Below, one piece after another: positions 1-9,137 of a stretch of DNA of 32,000 nt. The notes under the pieces were generated by a model. It made no database searches. It had not been told where the DNA came from and worked only from the letters and a program-made list of their open reading frames with translations. The position numbers were made by a program, and so were the translations under genes. The stretch is from the NCBI RefSeq assembly GCF_051097895.1, contig NZ_CP142525.1, positions 720,001 through 752,000 on the forward strand. Reading direction: 5' to 3'. This stretch comes from Psychrobacter sp. HD31. Lineage in GTDB: Bacteria; Pseudomonadota; Gammaproteobacteria; Pseudomonadales; Moraxellaceae. Numbering within the stretch: position 1 is the first letter of the stretch; every line of letters starts with the position of its first letter.

Positions 1-1
1 G

Positions 2-94
2 CGTCGTGGTACTTGGATGTGGTATGGCATTAATCAAGACTTACCTAAGTGGTGTAAACAAGTTATAAATGAAGTAGAATTTATCGATGACTGA
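2..94 (+). CDS. 3' end of an unidentified CDS that runs off the left edge of the window
   Basis: Frame 2 is open from the window edge to a TGA at 92-94 (..RRGTWMWYGINQDLPKWCKQVINEVEFIDD*). Its codon usage (cgt, ggt, aat, caa, aaa, gaa) matches the rest of the window better than the competing open frame, which ends at 64-66. It overlaps the truC ATG by 8 nt, which suggests coupling. I do not recognise the product. Confidence 0.45.
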   Translation, partial: RRGTWMWYGINQDLPKWCKQVINEVEFIDD

Positions 95-854
95 GCTTGC
101 TACTAACAACCATCAACAGCCGCTACAAATTTTGTATCAAGACGAGCACTGTATTGCAATTAACAAACCTGCCGGTATGCTGGTACATCGTAGCTGGCTT
201 GCAAAGCATGAAACCACTTTTGTATTACAAACCTTAAGAGACCAAATTGGGCAACTGGTTTATCCCGTTCATCGGCTAGATCGCCCTACCTCTGGCGTTT
301 TACTATTTGCATTAAACAGTGAAAGTGCCAAACATTTTTCGCAAGCGTTTGAGCAACATCAGGTGCATAAAACTTATCTAGCCGTTGTGCGTGGTTATAT
401 GCCTACTGAGCAAGGTAGTATTGACTATCCGTTATCCGTCATCCGCGATAAAATTGCAGACAAACACAGTATTGCCAATACAGATACCAAACCAGACCAA
501 CCTGCACAAACGGACTGGCAGTTAATTGATAGTACCGAGCAACCTTTTGCTGCCCGCGCTCGTTATAAAACCTCTCGCTACAGCCTGATTAAACTATGCC
601 CGACCACTGGGCGTAAACATCAACTACGCCGGCACTTAAAGCATATATTTCATCCAATTATTGGCGATACCAGTTATGGTGACCATCACCAAAACCGTGC
701 CATACGAGCGCATATTGGCGTGTCACGATTGATGTTGCATGCACACACGTTAACTTTTACCAATATTGATGGCGAGCGAATAACTGCACAAGCTCAAGTT
801 GATGAAGATTGGCAGAAAATGTTAGAGGATTTTAATTGGAAATATCATTTTTAA
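87..854 (+). CDS. truC: tRNA pseudouridine(65) synthase TruC
   Basis: 255 aa, collinear with E. coli TruC as I recall it: ILYQDEH..INKPAGMLVHRS, the catalytic-Asp motif HRLDRPTSGVLLF, TGRKHQLRRHL and HPIIGD..YGD. Confidence 0.93.
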   Translation: MTELATNNHQQPLQILYQDEHCIAINKPAGMLVHRSWLAKHETTFVLQTLRDQIGQLVYPVHRLDRPTSGVLLFALNSESAKHFSQAFEQHQVHKTYLAVVRGYMPTEQGSIDYPLSVIRDKIADKHSIANTDTKPDQPAQTDWQLIDSTEQPFAARARYKTSRYSLIKLCPTTGRKHQLRRHLKHIFHPIIGDTSYGDHHQNRAIRAHIGVSRLMLHAHTLTFTNIDGERITAQAQVDEDWQKMLEDFNWKYHF

Positions 855-862
855 TAAACAAC

Positions 863-891
863 TGTACACTCAACTAAATTCTAGGTATAAT
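863..891 (+). promoter_or_regulatory. Candidate sigma70 promoter for accBC
   Basis: TGTACA (863-868), a 17-nt spacer, then a perfect TATAAT (886-891), about 75 nt upstream of the accB ATG. A second TACAAT lies about 20 nt further downstream. Sequence pattern only. Confidence 0.35.
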
Positions 892-964
892 TGAAAAAAT
901 TTGTTACAATATATCTAACAAAACTACTCCTAATAACACAATTTAGTACTTCAGGCGATAACCC

Positions 965-1399
965 ATGGATATTAAAAAAATACGTACCCTCATTGAGTTG
1001 ATGGAAGAAAAAGAGCTCGTTACACTGGAAGTATGCTCAGGTGATGACAAAGTTAGTCTAACTCGTTACTACGAGCCCACTCCAACTGTTGTTGCAAGCC
1101 CTCAACCAAGTACAAACATGGTTAGCGAGGCTACAACCAGCAACGCCGTGCCACAACCAACAGGCAGTGTTGAAAGCTCGCCAATGGTTGGTGTGTTTTA
1201 TTCTGCTCCTAGCCCAAATGACCCACCATTTGTGCAGGTTGGTCAAAAAGTGCAAGCGGGTGATACTTTAGGGATTATTGAAGCCATGAAGATTATGAAC
1301 CCACTTGAAGCAACACAAAGTGGTGTGATTGAAGAGATACTAGTAAAAAATGGCGATGTTGTAGAGTTTGGGCAACCAGTTATCCGTTATAAGTCTTAA
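965..1399 (+). CDS. accB: Acetyl-CoA carboxylase biotin carboxyl carrier protein
   Basis: 144 aa with a Pro/Thr/Ser-rich linker followed by a biotinyl domain carrying the EAMKIMN biotinylation motif. It sits immediately upstream of accC. Confidence 0.95.
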   Translation: MDIKKIRTLIELMEEKELVTLEVCSGDDKVSLTRYYEPTPTVVASPQPSTNMVSEATTSNAVPQPTGSVESSPMVGVFYSAPSPNDPPFVQVGQKVQAGDTLGIIEAMKIMNPLEATQSGVIEEILVKNGDVVEFGQPVIRYKS

Positions 1400-1447
1400 T
1401 CAAATTCATATTATTTGATAGATTTTACAAAATAGGGATAACAAAAA

Positions 1448-2794
1448 ATGATTAAAAAACTGTTAATTGCAAACCGTGGTGAAATTGCACTAAGAATTGT
1501 GCGTGCCTGTAAACAATTGGGTATTAAAACTGTTGGTGTCTACTCTACTGCTGATAAAGACTTAATGCACCTTAAGTTTGTAGATGAAGCGGTATGTATC
1601 GGCGCACCCAACGCCACCCAAAGTTACCTAGATATCAATGTTATTTTAACCGCTGCTGAGGTGGCTGGTGCTGATGCGATTCATCCAGGCTACGGGTTTT
1701 TATCCGAAAATGCCGAGTTTGCAGAACAAGTTGAAGAAGCCGGGCTTACTTTTATCGGTCCTCATGCCGATCATATCCGCTTAATGGGTAACAAAGTTTC
1801 TGCCATTAACGCAATGAAAAAAGCTGGCGTGCCCACTGTACCAGGTTCTGTAGGCGCAGTTACCCTCCATAATGCCGAAGAACAAGCCAAAGATATTGGA
1901 TTTCCACTATTAGTTAAAGCCGCATCTGGCGGTGGTGGACGCGGTATGCGTTTAGTCGAACATTATGATGAGCTCATTAGTCAGGTACAGGCTGCCAAAC
2001 AAGAAGCTGAGGTAAGCTTTGGTGATGACACGGTTTATATGGAGCGTTTTTTAAAGAAACCTCGCCATGTCGAAGTACAAGTGTTGGGCGATGGTAACGG
2101 TAATGCCATCCACTTATTTGATCGTGACTGCTCATTGCAGCGCCGTCATCAAAAAGTATTAGAAGAAGCACCAGCGCCAAGTATCCCTGATGATGCACGC
2201 ACCCCGATTCTCGACGCTTGTGTGAGAGCTTGTGAACAAATAAAATATCGTGGTGCTGGCACGTTTGAGTTTTTATATGAAGATGGTGAGTTCTTTTTTA
2301 TCGAAATGAACACGCGTGTACAGGTTGAACACCCAGTAACAGAAATGATTACTGGCATAGATATTATTGTAGAGCAACTAAAGATTGCTTCTGGTTATGG
2401 TTTATCTTATCGTCAAGATGAAATCACCGAAAATGGGCACGCTATTGAATGCCGTATCAACGCAGAAGATCCACAAACCTTTATGCCTTGCCCTGGAACT
2501 GTAGAACAATTTTTTGCACCAGGTGGTGCTGGTGTACGCTTTGACTCGCATCTTTATCAGGGTTATGCCATACCAACATTTTATGACTCTATGATTGGTA
2601 AACTCATTTGCCATGCCCCAACACGCAAACAAGCTTTAACCAAAGCGGTTCATGCGTTAGATGAGTTAATTATTAACGGTATTAAAACCAATATACCACT
2701 GCATCGTGACATCATTTTATCCGATGAACAATTTAATGAAGATGCACAAAATATCCACTATTTAGAAAATCATCTACTCAATACCGAGTCTTAA
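1448..2794 (+). CDS. accC: Acetyl-CoA carboxylase biotin carboxylase subunit
   Basis: 448 aa. It starts [17 protein letters not shown], has the ATP-grasp Gly-rich loop [12 protein letters not shown], and contains [14 protein letters not shown]. Canonical accB-accC pair. Confidence 0.97.
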   Translation: MIKKLLIANRGEIALRIVRACKQLGIKTVGVYSTADKDLMHLKFVDEAVCIGAPNATQSYLDINVILTAAEVAGADAIHPGYGFLSENAEFAEQVEEAGLTFIGPHADHIRLMGNKVSAINAMKKAGVPTVPGSVGAVTLHNAEEQAKDIGFPLLVKAASGGGGRGMRLVEHYDELISQVQAAKQEAEVSFGDDTVYMERFLKKPRHVEVQVLGDGNGNAIHLFDRDCSLQRRHQKVLEEAPAPSIPDDARTPILDACVRACEQIKYRGAGTFEFLYEDGEFFFIEMNTRVQVEHPVTEMITGIDIIVEQLKIASGYGLSYRQDEITENGHAIECRINAEDPQTFMPCPGTVEQFFAPGGAGVRFDSHLYQGYAIPTFYDSMIGKLICHAPTRKQALTKAVHALDELIINGIKTNIPLHRDIILSDEQFNEDAQNIHYLENHLLNTES

Positions 2795-2820
2795 TTACAT
2801 CAAGTTTATATAACGCCATA

Positions 2821-2848
2821 AGAGCAATGCAAACATTGCTCTTTTTTG
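2821..2848 (+). terminator. Intrinsic terminator after accC
   Basis: AGAGCAATG (2821-2829), loop CAAA, CATTGCTCT (2834-2842), then TTTTT. It lies 27 nt after the accC stop. Confidence 0.8.
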
Positions 2849-2961
2849 TGTTAATGTATGCACAACCGCTTTGCTTTATCATAAATGACTTTGTTTTGAT
2901 TTAAGTAAAAAGGCGATTGTAGCTTACATTACTCACATTTAACTCACATTTGTTACTGAGC

Positions 2962-3909
2962 ATGACTAACAACATTAATAAAAAATCTAATCCATCTTCT
3001 AAAAAATTGCATCCTAGAAGTTTGCATAAAAATAAGTATGACTTTAATCAGCTAATTAAAGTATTACCAGAGCTTGCAAAGCATACCAAACCAAATCCAG
3101 CTGGTGAAATAACGATTGATTTTAATAATAACGAATCTGTTGTTTTGTTAAACAAAGCATTGCTTAAATTACATTATGATATTAATTTTTGGGATATCCC
3201 AACGGGCTATTTGTGTCCACCAATCCCTAGCCGTGCCGACTATGTTCATCATCTTGCCGATTTAATATCTGACAATGATAAGATTAAAGTAGGCAAAACG
3301 GTAAACATTTTAGACATTGGTACTGGCGCAAATGCTATTTACCCCATTATCGGTGCGACAATCTATGGCTGGAAATTTACCGCATCGGATATTAATCCAA
3401 TTTCTATTAAAACAGTCACTGCCATTAGTCAGCTCAACAAAAATCTCGCTGGGCTTATAAAACCAATTTTACAAAAAAATCCAAATGCTATTTTTGATGG
3501 TGTGATTGCCCCCACAGATTATTTTGCGGCAACCATGTGTAACCCACCCTTCCATGCAAGTGCTGAAGATGCAACTTTTGCAAATGTTAATAAACAAAAA
3601 AAACTAGCTAAAAACAAGACAAAAAAGTCTGGTATACACAATAAATCTGTTATTAAATCACAACTTAATTTTGGGGGCCAAAATGCAGAACTTTGGTGCG
3701 CTGGTGGCGAAATTAAATTTTTAACACAAATGATTAATGAAAGTGTTAAATACAAACGCCAAGTGGGCTGGTTTACAAGCTTAGTCTCTAAAAAAGCAAA
3801 TGTTGCTGCCCTCAAAAAGCTATTACAAAAACGGCAAGCAAAAAATATTAAAATTATTACCATGCAACACGGTCAAAAACAAACCCGCATTATTGCATGG
3901 CAGTTTTAA
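2962..3909 (+). CDS. rlmF: 23S rRNA (adenine1618-N6)-methyltransferase RlmF
   Basis: Collinear with E. coli RlmF/YbiN: LHPRS..H...YDF, WDIP.GYLCPPIPSRADYVHHLADL, ILDIGTGANAIYP, the catalytic NPPFHAS, NFGGQ..ELWC.GGE, WFTSLVS and GQKQ.R.IAWQF. The ORF track starts at a TTG at 2950; I prefer the in-frame ATG at 2962 (MTNNINKK). Confidence 0.9.
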   Translation: MTNNINKKSNPSSKKLHPRSLHKNKYDFNQLIKVLPELAKHTKPNPAGEITIDFNNNESVVLLNKALLKLHYDINFWDIPTGYLCPPIPSRADYVHHLADLISDNDKIKVGKTVNILDIGTGANAIYPIIGATIYGWKFTASDINPISIKTVTAISQLNKNLAGLIKPILQKNPNAIFDGVIAPTDYFAATMCNPPFHASAEDATFANVNKQKKLAKNKTKKSGIHNKSVIKSQLNFGGQNAELWCAGGEIKFLTQMINESVKYKRQVGWFTSLVSKKANVAALKKLLQKRQAKNIKIITMQHGQKQTRIIAWQF

Positions 3910-3918
3910 GCATCCATA

Positions 3919-4524
3919 CTACCACTCTATTTTTATTTGTGTGCCTACTGCAACTAAGTCCATAATTTCATCCATCTCATCATTGCTAACAGCAATGCAA
4001 CCATCTGTCCAATCTCGTTGTTGGTTTATTTTGGTAAGGTGTGCTAATCCGTTCATTTGTCCATGAATCATGATTGCACCACCTGGGCTAACACCTAATT
4101 TTTTTGCAACCGCTTTATCTTGTGGATTTGGATAGCTAATATGAATGGAGCGATGAGCGATTGAATTTTCATTTTTATAATCCAAAAGGTAAGTGCCTTC
4201 GGGTGTTTTTTCGTCTCCTTCTTGTTGTTTATGCCCTTTTGGATTGTCACCAAGTGAGATATGATAGTATTTGACAACCTGATCTGATTCATCCAACAAA
4301 AACATTTTGCGTGCAGACTTATCTACAAATACCTGAGCTACCTTTTTTTCACTCATATTCTTAACAAGGCGGCCTTTGTAATAAATAGGGCTAACAACTG
4401 CCTTATCATCAATTTTATGCGTTTTATCCGCACTCAATTTATAACTTTTTAATGGCATTACCCAAAAAGCCGTAAAACCAGCCACACTGAGCAACAAACT
4501 ATATTTTAAAAGTTTAGCGAACAT
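3919..4524 (-). CDS. L,D-transpeptidase (YkuD/ErfK fold) family protein, exported or membrane-anchored
   Basis: 201 aa with a hydrophobic N-terminus (LLLSVAGFTAFWV). The C-terminal catalytic signature is IMIHGQ....DWTDGCIAVSNDEMDEI (the HG...GC motif of YkuD domains). Confidence 0.8.
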   Translation of the reverse strand: MFAKLLKYSLLLSVAGFTAFWVMPLKSYKLSADKTHKIDDKAVVSPIYYKGRLVKNMSEKKVAQVFVDKSARKMFLLDESDQVVKYYHISLGDNPKGHKQQEGDEKTPEGTYLLDYKNENSIAHRSIHISYPNPQDKAVAKKLGVSPGGAIMIHGQMNGLAHLTKINQQRDWTDGCIAVSNDEMDEIMDLVAVGTQIKIEW

Positions 4525-4554
4525 AAAAAACCCTTATAAACTTAACCATAAGGG
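4525..4554 (-). terminator. Intrinsic terminator after rraA; its 3' arm carries the SD of the next gene
   Basis: The minus strand reads CCCTTAT-GGTTAAGTTT-ATAAGGG followed by TTTTTT, and the L,D-transpeptidase ATG follows directly. Confidence 0.7.
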
Positions 4555-4611
4555 TAGCTTATAAGGGCATTGCATATTTTTAATGCAAATTTAATGAATT
4601 ATCGATGGATT

Positions 4612-5136
4612 TTAAACTAAAGGTTGATTACTAACGATAATACCATTGTTGTCAGCATATAAATGCATACCAGAGTTTAAAGTTAAATCACCAAAACTAA
4701 TTTCAATATCTGTTTGACCTTCGCCACGTCTTGTTGATTTACGAGGGATACAACCCAATGCTTTTACGCCAATGTTCATTTGTGCCATATCATCAACATC
4801 ACGCACACAACCGTATACAACAACACCCGCCCAACCATTATTAATGGCTGATAAAGCAATCATATCGCCAAGTAAAGCACAGCGCATCGAGCCGCCACCA
4901 TCAACAACCAACACTTTACCATTACCGTTAGCATCTTTACCATCAGAGTTTAACAGCTCTTTAACACGGCTGTTGTCTTCAAAACATTTAACGGTAACAA
5001 TCTCACCACAAAACTTGTTATTACCACCATAATTATTAAAAAACTTTCCTTCAATATTTGGTAAGCAAACTTGGCATTCTGGATTTGCATCCAATAAATC
5101 ACAAGTAATAAAGTTGTCTTTTGTCATTTCACTCAT
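4612..5136 (-). CDS. rraA: Ribonuclease E activity regulator RraA (RraA/HMG aldolase family)
   Basis: Collinear with E. coli RraA: F..YGG...F.G.I.TVKCFEDN, VLVVDGGGS.R.AL.GD, W.G.V.YG.VRDVD and LYAD.NGI.VS. The ORF opens at 5145, but AAGGA lies 9 nt before the ATG at 5136 (MSEMTKDN), so I prefer that start. Confidence 0.9.
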   Translation of the reverse strand: MSEMTKDNFITCDLLDANPECQVCLPNIEGKFFNNYGGNNKFCGEIVTVKCFEDNSRVKELLNSDGKDANGNGKVLVVDGGGSMRCALLGDMIALSAINNGWAGVVVYGCVRDVDDMAQMNIGVKALGCIPRKSTRRGEGQTDIEISFGDLTLNSGMHLYADNNGIIVSNQPLV

Positions 5137-5208
5137 AATAATCATTCCTTAATTAAAGTTGCTGAGGTTTGGTGTCATGATTTTTTAATGCCAAAGCAGT
5201 CACAAAAT

Positions 5209-5910
5209 TTAATGCTTAATTTTTGTCATTGCCAGCATTTGTTTATTTGTAATCACCACAGGCGTTTCACTTTCATAAATACGCTGCCTGTTAATTCTAT
5301 GATAATGTTTGTGTGCAGTCATCGCAATGGCAATCGCAACCCGTTTGGCCGTTATTGGGTGGGCGCTTACTTTTTCAGAAACCAGAGGTGAGATTAACCT
5401 AAAAGCAGTTTGAGATATTTTTTCTATTGGACGACCTTTATGGCTGCCGAGTAACAATGACGGCCTAAAGATGTATAGTGTTTCAAAATCAAGCTGTTTG
5501 ACATCTTCTTCTATTGTGCCTTTAACTTGATTATAAAAAAAACGACTCTGCGTGTTTGCACCCATCGCAGATAACAAGAAAAAGTGTTTAACCCCTTTTT
5601 GTTTACAAAAATTGGCAAATTGCAAATTATAGCCATGATCAATACGTTTAAACTCTTCTTCACTGCCTGCTTGTTTTTTTGTAGTACCAAGGCAGCTAAA
5701 TGCATCTGTGTTTTCATCCATGTCAATACTAGACATAGTTTCTGCCAAATTAACAAAGTCATTAATTTGATAAACTCTCATACTCGAGCTAATAAACTCT
5801 GGAGGGCGACGAGTAATCACGGTCACCTTATCATAAAGGGAGGCAAGCTCTTTTATTAATTTTCTACCGACTAATCCTGTCGCACCAATAACAATGGCTT
5901 TTCTTTGCAT
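5209..5910 (-). CDS. NAD(P)H-binding atypical SDR family protein (E. coli YraR-like)
   Basis: Rossmann motif KAIVIGATGLVGRKL. Collinear with YraR as recalled: CLGTT...AGS.E.F...D, LLSAMGAN..S.FFYN.VKG..E and RPS.LLG. I prefer the start at the internal ATG (MQRKAIVIGATG) over the ORF-track start at 5937. Confidence 0.8.
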   Translation of the reverse strand: MQRKAIVIGATGLVGRKLIKELASLYDKVTVITRRPPEFISSSMRVYQINDFVNLAETMSSIDMDENTDAFSCLGTTKKQAGSEEEFKRIDHGYNLQFANFCKQKGVKHFFLLSAMGANTQSRFFYNQVKGTIEEDVKQLDFETLYIFRPSLLLGSHKGRPIEKISQTAFRLISPLVSEKVSAHPITAKRVAIAIAMTAHKHYHRINRQRIYESETPVVITNKQMLAMTKIKH

Positions 5911-6305
5911 AAAAATCCAAACTAAAAATATATACAATAATTTTACTACTATTGTAATAAAATAACACTTGGATAGCTACGAAATAACCTTTTCAAAAGA
6001 TTTCAAATTGTGTCATTCTAATCGTTACACCCTTAAATATCTTTTAACACTGTTGTTATAGCTGTAAGTATTTGATATACTACTGCCTTTAATTTTATAG
6101 TCAAATAAATTCTTTGATATATCATGTGTTTATTTGAAACTAACTGTCACTGGTGTTTAATTATTCCCAGCATCAGGGCATCATCAATACCCTTTTTCGC
6201 TTTAAGTCTCAGAAAGCTGTAAAAAGTAAGTTTGATACTGTTTACTTATTATTAATTGCTTTATGGCAATTTAATTTAAATTTTATTTTTCTCAAGGAGA
6301 TGCTC

Positions 6306-6572
6306 GTGGCAAACTCTGCACAAGCTCGTAAACGTGCCCGTCAAAACACCAAACGTCGTCAGCTAAAAGCTTCACAACGTTCTATGGTTCGTACTTACAT
6401 CAAACGTACTATCGCTGCTATCGAAGCGAAAGACTACGCTTTAGCAACCGAAGCTTATAATAAAGCTGTACCAGTTATCGACCGTATGGCAGATAAAGGT
6501 GTAATGCACAAAAACAAAGCTGCTCGTCTTAAGAGCCGTTTAAACAAAGCAATTAAAGCGTTACAAGCTTAA
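6306..6572 (+). CDS. rpsT: 30S ribosomal protein S20
   Basis: (M)ANSAQARKRARQN..QRSMVRTYIKR..IDRMADKGVMHKNKAARLKSRLNK matches S20 end to end. The GTG start at 6306 is preceded by AAGGAGA 5 nt upstream (6294-6300). The upstream 51 codons of the tracked ORF (from 6153) look non-coding. Confidence 0.93.
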   Translation: MANSAQARKRARQNTKRRQLKASQRSMVRTYIKRTIAAIEAKDYALATEAYNKAVPVIDRMADKGVMHKNKAARLKSRLNKAIKALQA

Positions 6573-6584
6573 TTTTTAGCTTTG

Positions 6585-6626
6585 TAAAAAAAGACCTTAA
6601 ACATTTTTTGTTTAAGGTCTTTTTTA
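6585..6626. terminator. Bidirectional intrinsic terminator between rpsT (+) and the histidine phosphatase gene (-)
   Basis: A perfect 12-bp stem, AAGACCTTAAAC (6591-6602) with GTTTAAGGTCTT (6610-6621). It is flanked by an A-run upstream and a T-run downstream, so a U-tract follows the hairpin on either strand. Confidence 0.85.
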
Positions 6627-6672
6627 TGCCAGCAGTCTTTTTTTGCCCACTAAGTTGTTTATGGCAGCCAAG

Positions 6673-7464
6673 TTAGCCAGCAAAGTGTTTAGGCAATGTT
6701 GTATGGCAAAATCCTGCCTCTACATAAGCTGTAATTAAGTCGTTTATAGGACGTTCGTATAGTTTTCCACGCCATATAAAGTGAACCTTGGCATCTTTAA
6801 TGGGTTTGTCATCAAACCATAAAAACACCCCTTCCATCATTTTAGGCCAATCATTCCAATCAATTTGAGGTACATCCATCATCACTGCAAGAAAAGCAGA
6901 TAAAAGGGTGTCATGACTCACAGCCAATGTTAAATGACTTTGTTTGGGTTGATGTTGGTAAAACAATGAAATTAAATCTAATCCACCCTGATGCGCATTT
7001 TTAATACCTGCCATTTCTCCAGATAAGAACATGTTAATAAAGTTTAGCGCACCCACTTCTTTAAATACCTTACTGGTTAACTCTGGCTCTATAACCAAGC
7101 TACCTGGCTCAACTAGCAAAGATTGTGTTGTGATTTTTTTTGATAGTCCTGCACCCTCTTGCATGAGTTTTGCTGTTTCCATACAACGAGGAATCGGGCT
7201 TGATATGCTATCGGCATCTAACGAATAAGCTAAATGCGTTGCTAACCATTTACCCCAAGACTTTGCAAGTATTTTACCTTTGGGTGTCAGTGCAAGATTA
7301 TAGCTAGCAAAACCATTACCATCAGATAATTGGCGTAAAGAATGTCGGGTAAATAAAATGAGTCGTTTATTTTTTGGTAACAGTTTAACAGAGGTCACCA
7401 TACTTTCTGGCAGGTGGGCAGGGATAGGAAACTGATTTTGTGGATGAGCGTCAACAATGTCCAT
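6673..7464 (-). CDS. Histidine phosphatase (phosphoglycerate mutase-like) superfamily protein, substrate unknown
   Basis: 263 aa. LILFTRHSLRQ matches the RHG/RHS catalytic motif and a downstream AVSHDTLL supplies the second His motif. A strong GGAGG lies 5 nt before the ATG. Confidence 0.7.
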   Translation of the reverse strand: MDIVDAHPQNQFPIPAHLPESMVTSVKLLPKNKRLILFTRHSLRQLSDGNGFASYNLALTPKGKILAKSWGKWLATHLAYSLDADSISSPIPRCMETAKLMQEGAGLSKKITTQSLLVEPGSLVIEPELTSKVFKEVGALNFINMFLSGEMAGIKNAHQGGLDLISLFYQHQPKQSHLTLAVSHDTLLSAFLAVMMDVPQIDWNDWPKMMEGVFLWFDDKPIKDAKVHFIWRGKLYERPINDLITAYVEAGFCHTTLPKHFAG

Positions 7465-7577
7465 AACCGCCTCCGTTAAATTGTAAAATATCTATATGTG
7501 TGAAAAATAAGTCTAGTAGGTCAAGTAATAAGAATGGCAAATATAAATCATATTAAAACATATTATATTTATTTTAA

Positions 7578-8384
7578 CTATACTTCAACTACCTTATCCC
7601 AAGCAAACTCAATACCCGTTGTTCTTGCTTCCCCTGGATAAGCTCTAGGATTAACAATCACCCGAGTGTTGCCAATTGTATAGTCAAATGCCTCATGTGT
7701 GTGCCCATGTACCCACAGCGAGGGTGACCAATCTTGCTTCATCCACTCACTAAAATCGGTCACAAACGCAGCATTGCTAGGAAAATCAGCATATTTTTCG
7801 GCAATTGATAATGGTGATACGCTGTGGTGTGTCATTACCACCACTTTTTTACCTTCGCTATGGGCATTTAATAAAGCTTGCTTTAGCCATGCGCGATGTT
7901 GTTTATGGATATCGATAGATAGCTGCGGCGTAAACATATCTTCCCCTGCTTTAATATCTCGATAATCTCTCATAAACTCTAATGCTTTATCAATAGTATC
8001 TTCCTTCACCTTATATTTATAATCTGTCCACATTGTGCAGCCAAGTATGGTTATTTCATCATTAGCTGTTTTAATATCAAGCGCTTCACACTGTAAAAAC
8101 TTTAACCCTGTTTGCGTTTGTACCATAAAATTATCACACTTTGCTAAAGCTGTATCAAACGTTAATACATCTTCACCAAAATATTCATGATTTCCGGCAA
8201 TCGTTACAACAGGTTTACCCAGTCTATTGGACTCTTGCGCAAGCCACTTGATACCCATATCAGAATTTGAGGTATCTCCTGCTACCAAAATAACATCAGC
8301 CTCTGTTTGAGGGATTTCTCCTATTGGATAACCTCGACGGCTATAGCTGTCAATGTGTAAGTCACTTAAGATTTGTAGTTTCAT
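7578..8384 (-). CDS. Calcineurin-like metallophosphoesterase, substrate unknown
   Basis: 268 aa with the full motif set in the canonical order: LSDLHID, VAGDT, AGNHEY, MTHH and VHGHTH. Confidence 0.82.
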   Translation of the reverse strand: MKLQILSDLHIDSYSRRGYPIGEIPQTEADVILVAGDTSNSDMGIKWLAQESNRLGKPVVTIAGNHEYFGEDVLTFDTALAKCDNFMVQTQTGLKFLQCEALDIKTANDEITILGCTMWTDYKYKVKEDTIDKALEFMRDYRDIKAGEDMFTPQLSIDIHKQHRAWLKQALLNAHSEGKKVVVMTHHSVSPLSIAEKYADFPSNAAFVTDFSEWMKQDWSPSLWVHGHTHEAFDYTIGNTRVIVNPRAYPGEARTTGIEFAWDKVVEV

Positions 8385-8397
8385 CTTTTGGCAATCA

Positions 8398-9114
8398 CTA
8401 TTTCAAACTGTCTAAAATAAGTTGCATTTTTTCGCTAGGATTATCTGCTGTGGTAATAGACCGACCAATTACCAAATAGTCACTTCCTTGCTCAACTGCC
8501 TGACGAGGTGTACAAATGCGCTGCTGATCATCGCTACTATCATCTGCCATACGAATACCTGGTGTCACTAATTTAAAGTCGCTACCCAACATCGCTTTTA
8601 AAACGGCTGCCTCTTGTGCAGAACAAACCACGCCATCTAACCCTGAGTTTTTGGTTAAGCTTGCCAAACGTGTCACTTGCTCATCTAATGTGCCATTAAC
8701 GCCAGTTTGGTGTAACGCCGTCTCACCCATAGAAGTTAATACCGTTACCGCTATCAGCAGCGTATCATAACCACCATCTAGCAAACGTTGTTTACTAAGC
8801 GTCATGGCTTGCTCGCCTGCTGTTGCATGCACGTTAACCATCCACACGCCCATATCCGCTGCTGCTAAAACCGCTTGTGCCGTGGTGTTTGGAATATCAT
8901 GAAACTTTAAATCCAAAAATACTTCAAAACCTCTACTGTGCAACTGTTTAATAATTTCTGGTCCACAGCGGGTAAACAGCTCTTTACCTACTTTGACTCG
9001 GCATAACCGAGGGTCTAAGGTGTCAGCAAGCATTAAAGCAGACTTCATATCTGCTTTATCGATAGCAACGACGATTGGAGATTGGGTTACAGATTTTGTA
9101 CTCATATTGGTCAT
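8398..9114 (-). CDS. pyrF: Orotidine-5'-phosphate decarboxylase
   Basis: Collinear with E. coli PyrF: [67 protein letters not shown] and DYLVIGR. The start could also be the fourth codon (MSTK). Confidence 0.95.
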   Translation of the reverse strand: MTNMSTKSVTQSPIVVAIDKADMKSALMLADTLDPRLCRVKVGKELFTRCGPEIIKQLHSRGFEVFLDLKFHDIPNTTAQAVLAAADMGVWMVNVHATAGEQAMTLSKQRLLDGGYDTLLIAVTVLTSMGETALHQTGVNGTLDEQVTRLASLTKNSGLDGVVCSAQEAAVLKAMLGSDFKLVTPGIRMADDSSDDQQRICTPRQAVEQGSDYLVIGRSITTADNPSEKMQLILDSLK

Positions 9115-9137
9115 GTATGTTGTATATGTATTAAATT

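Noticed and set aside
2931-2952. A tandem direct repeat ACTCACATTTA/ACTCACATTTG immediately upstream of the rlmF start.
   Set aside because: There are only two copies of 10-11 nt in AT-rich intergenic DNA. That is too short to separate from chance or slippage, and no associated structure or ORF is visible.
3910-3918. A gap of only 9 nt, with no terminator, between convergent rlmF and the L,D-transpeptidase gene.
   Set aside because: This is real but unremarkable. Convergent genes with near-abutting stops are common, and nothing further can be inferred from the sequence.
6153-6305. A 51-codon N-terminal extension of the rpsT ORF, and a separate 32-codon Cys-rich ORF (MCLFETNCHWC.., 6124-6222) in the rpsT upstream region.
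   Set aside because: S20 homology begins exactly at the GTG at 6306, which has a strong AAGGAGA in front. The upstream codons have no SD and a non-protein-like composition. The small ORF also has no SD and I have no conservation evidence for it.
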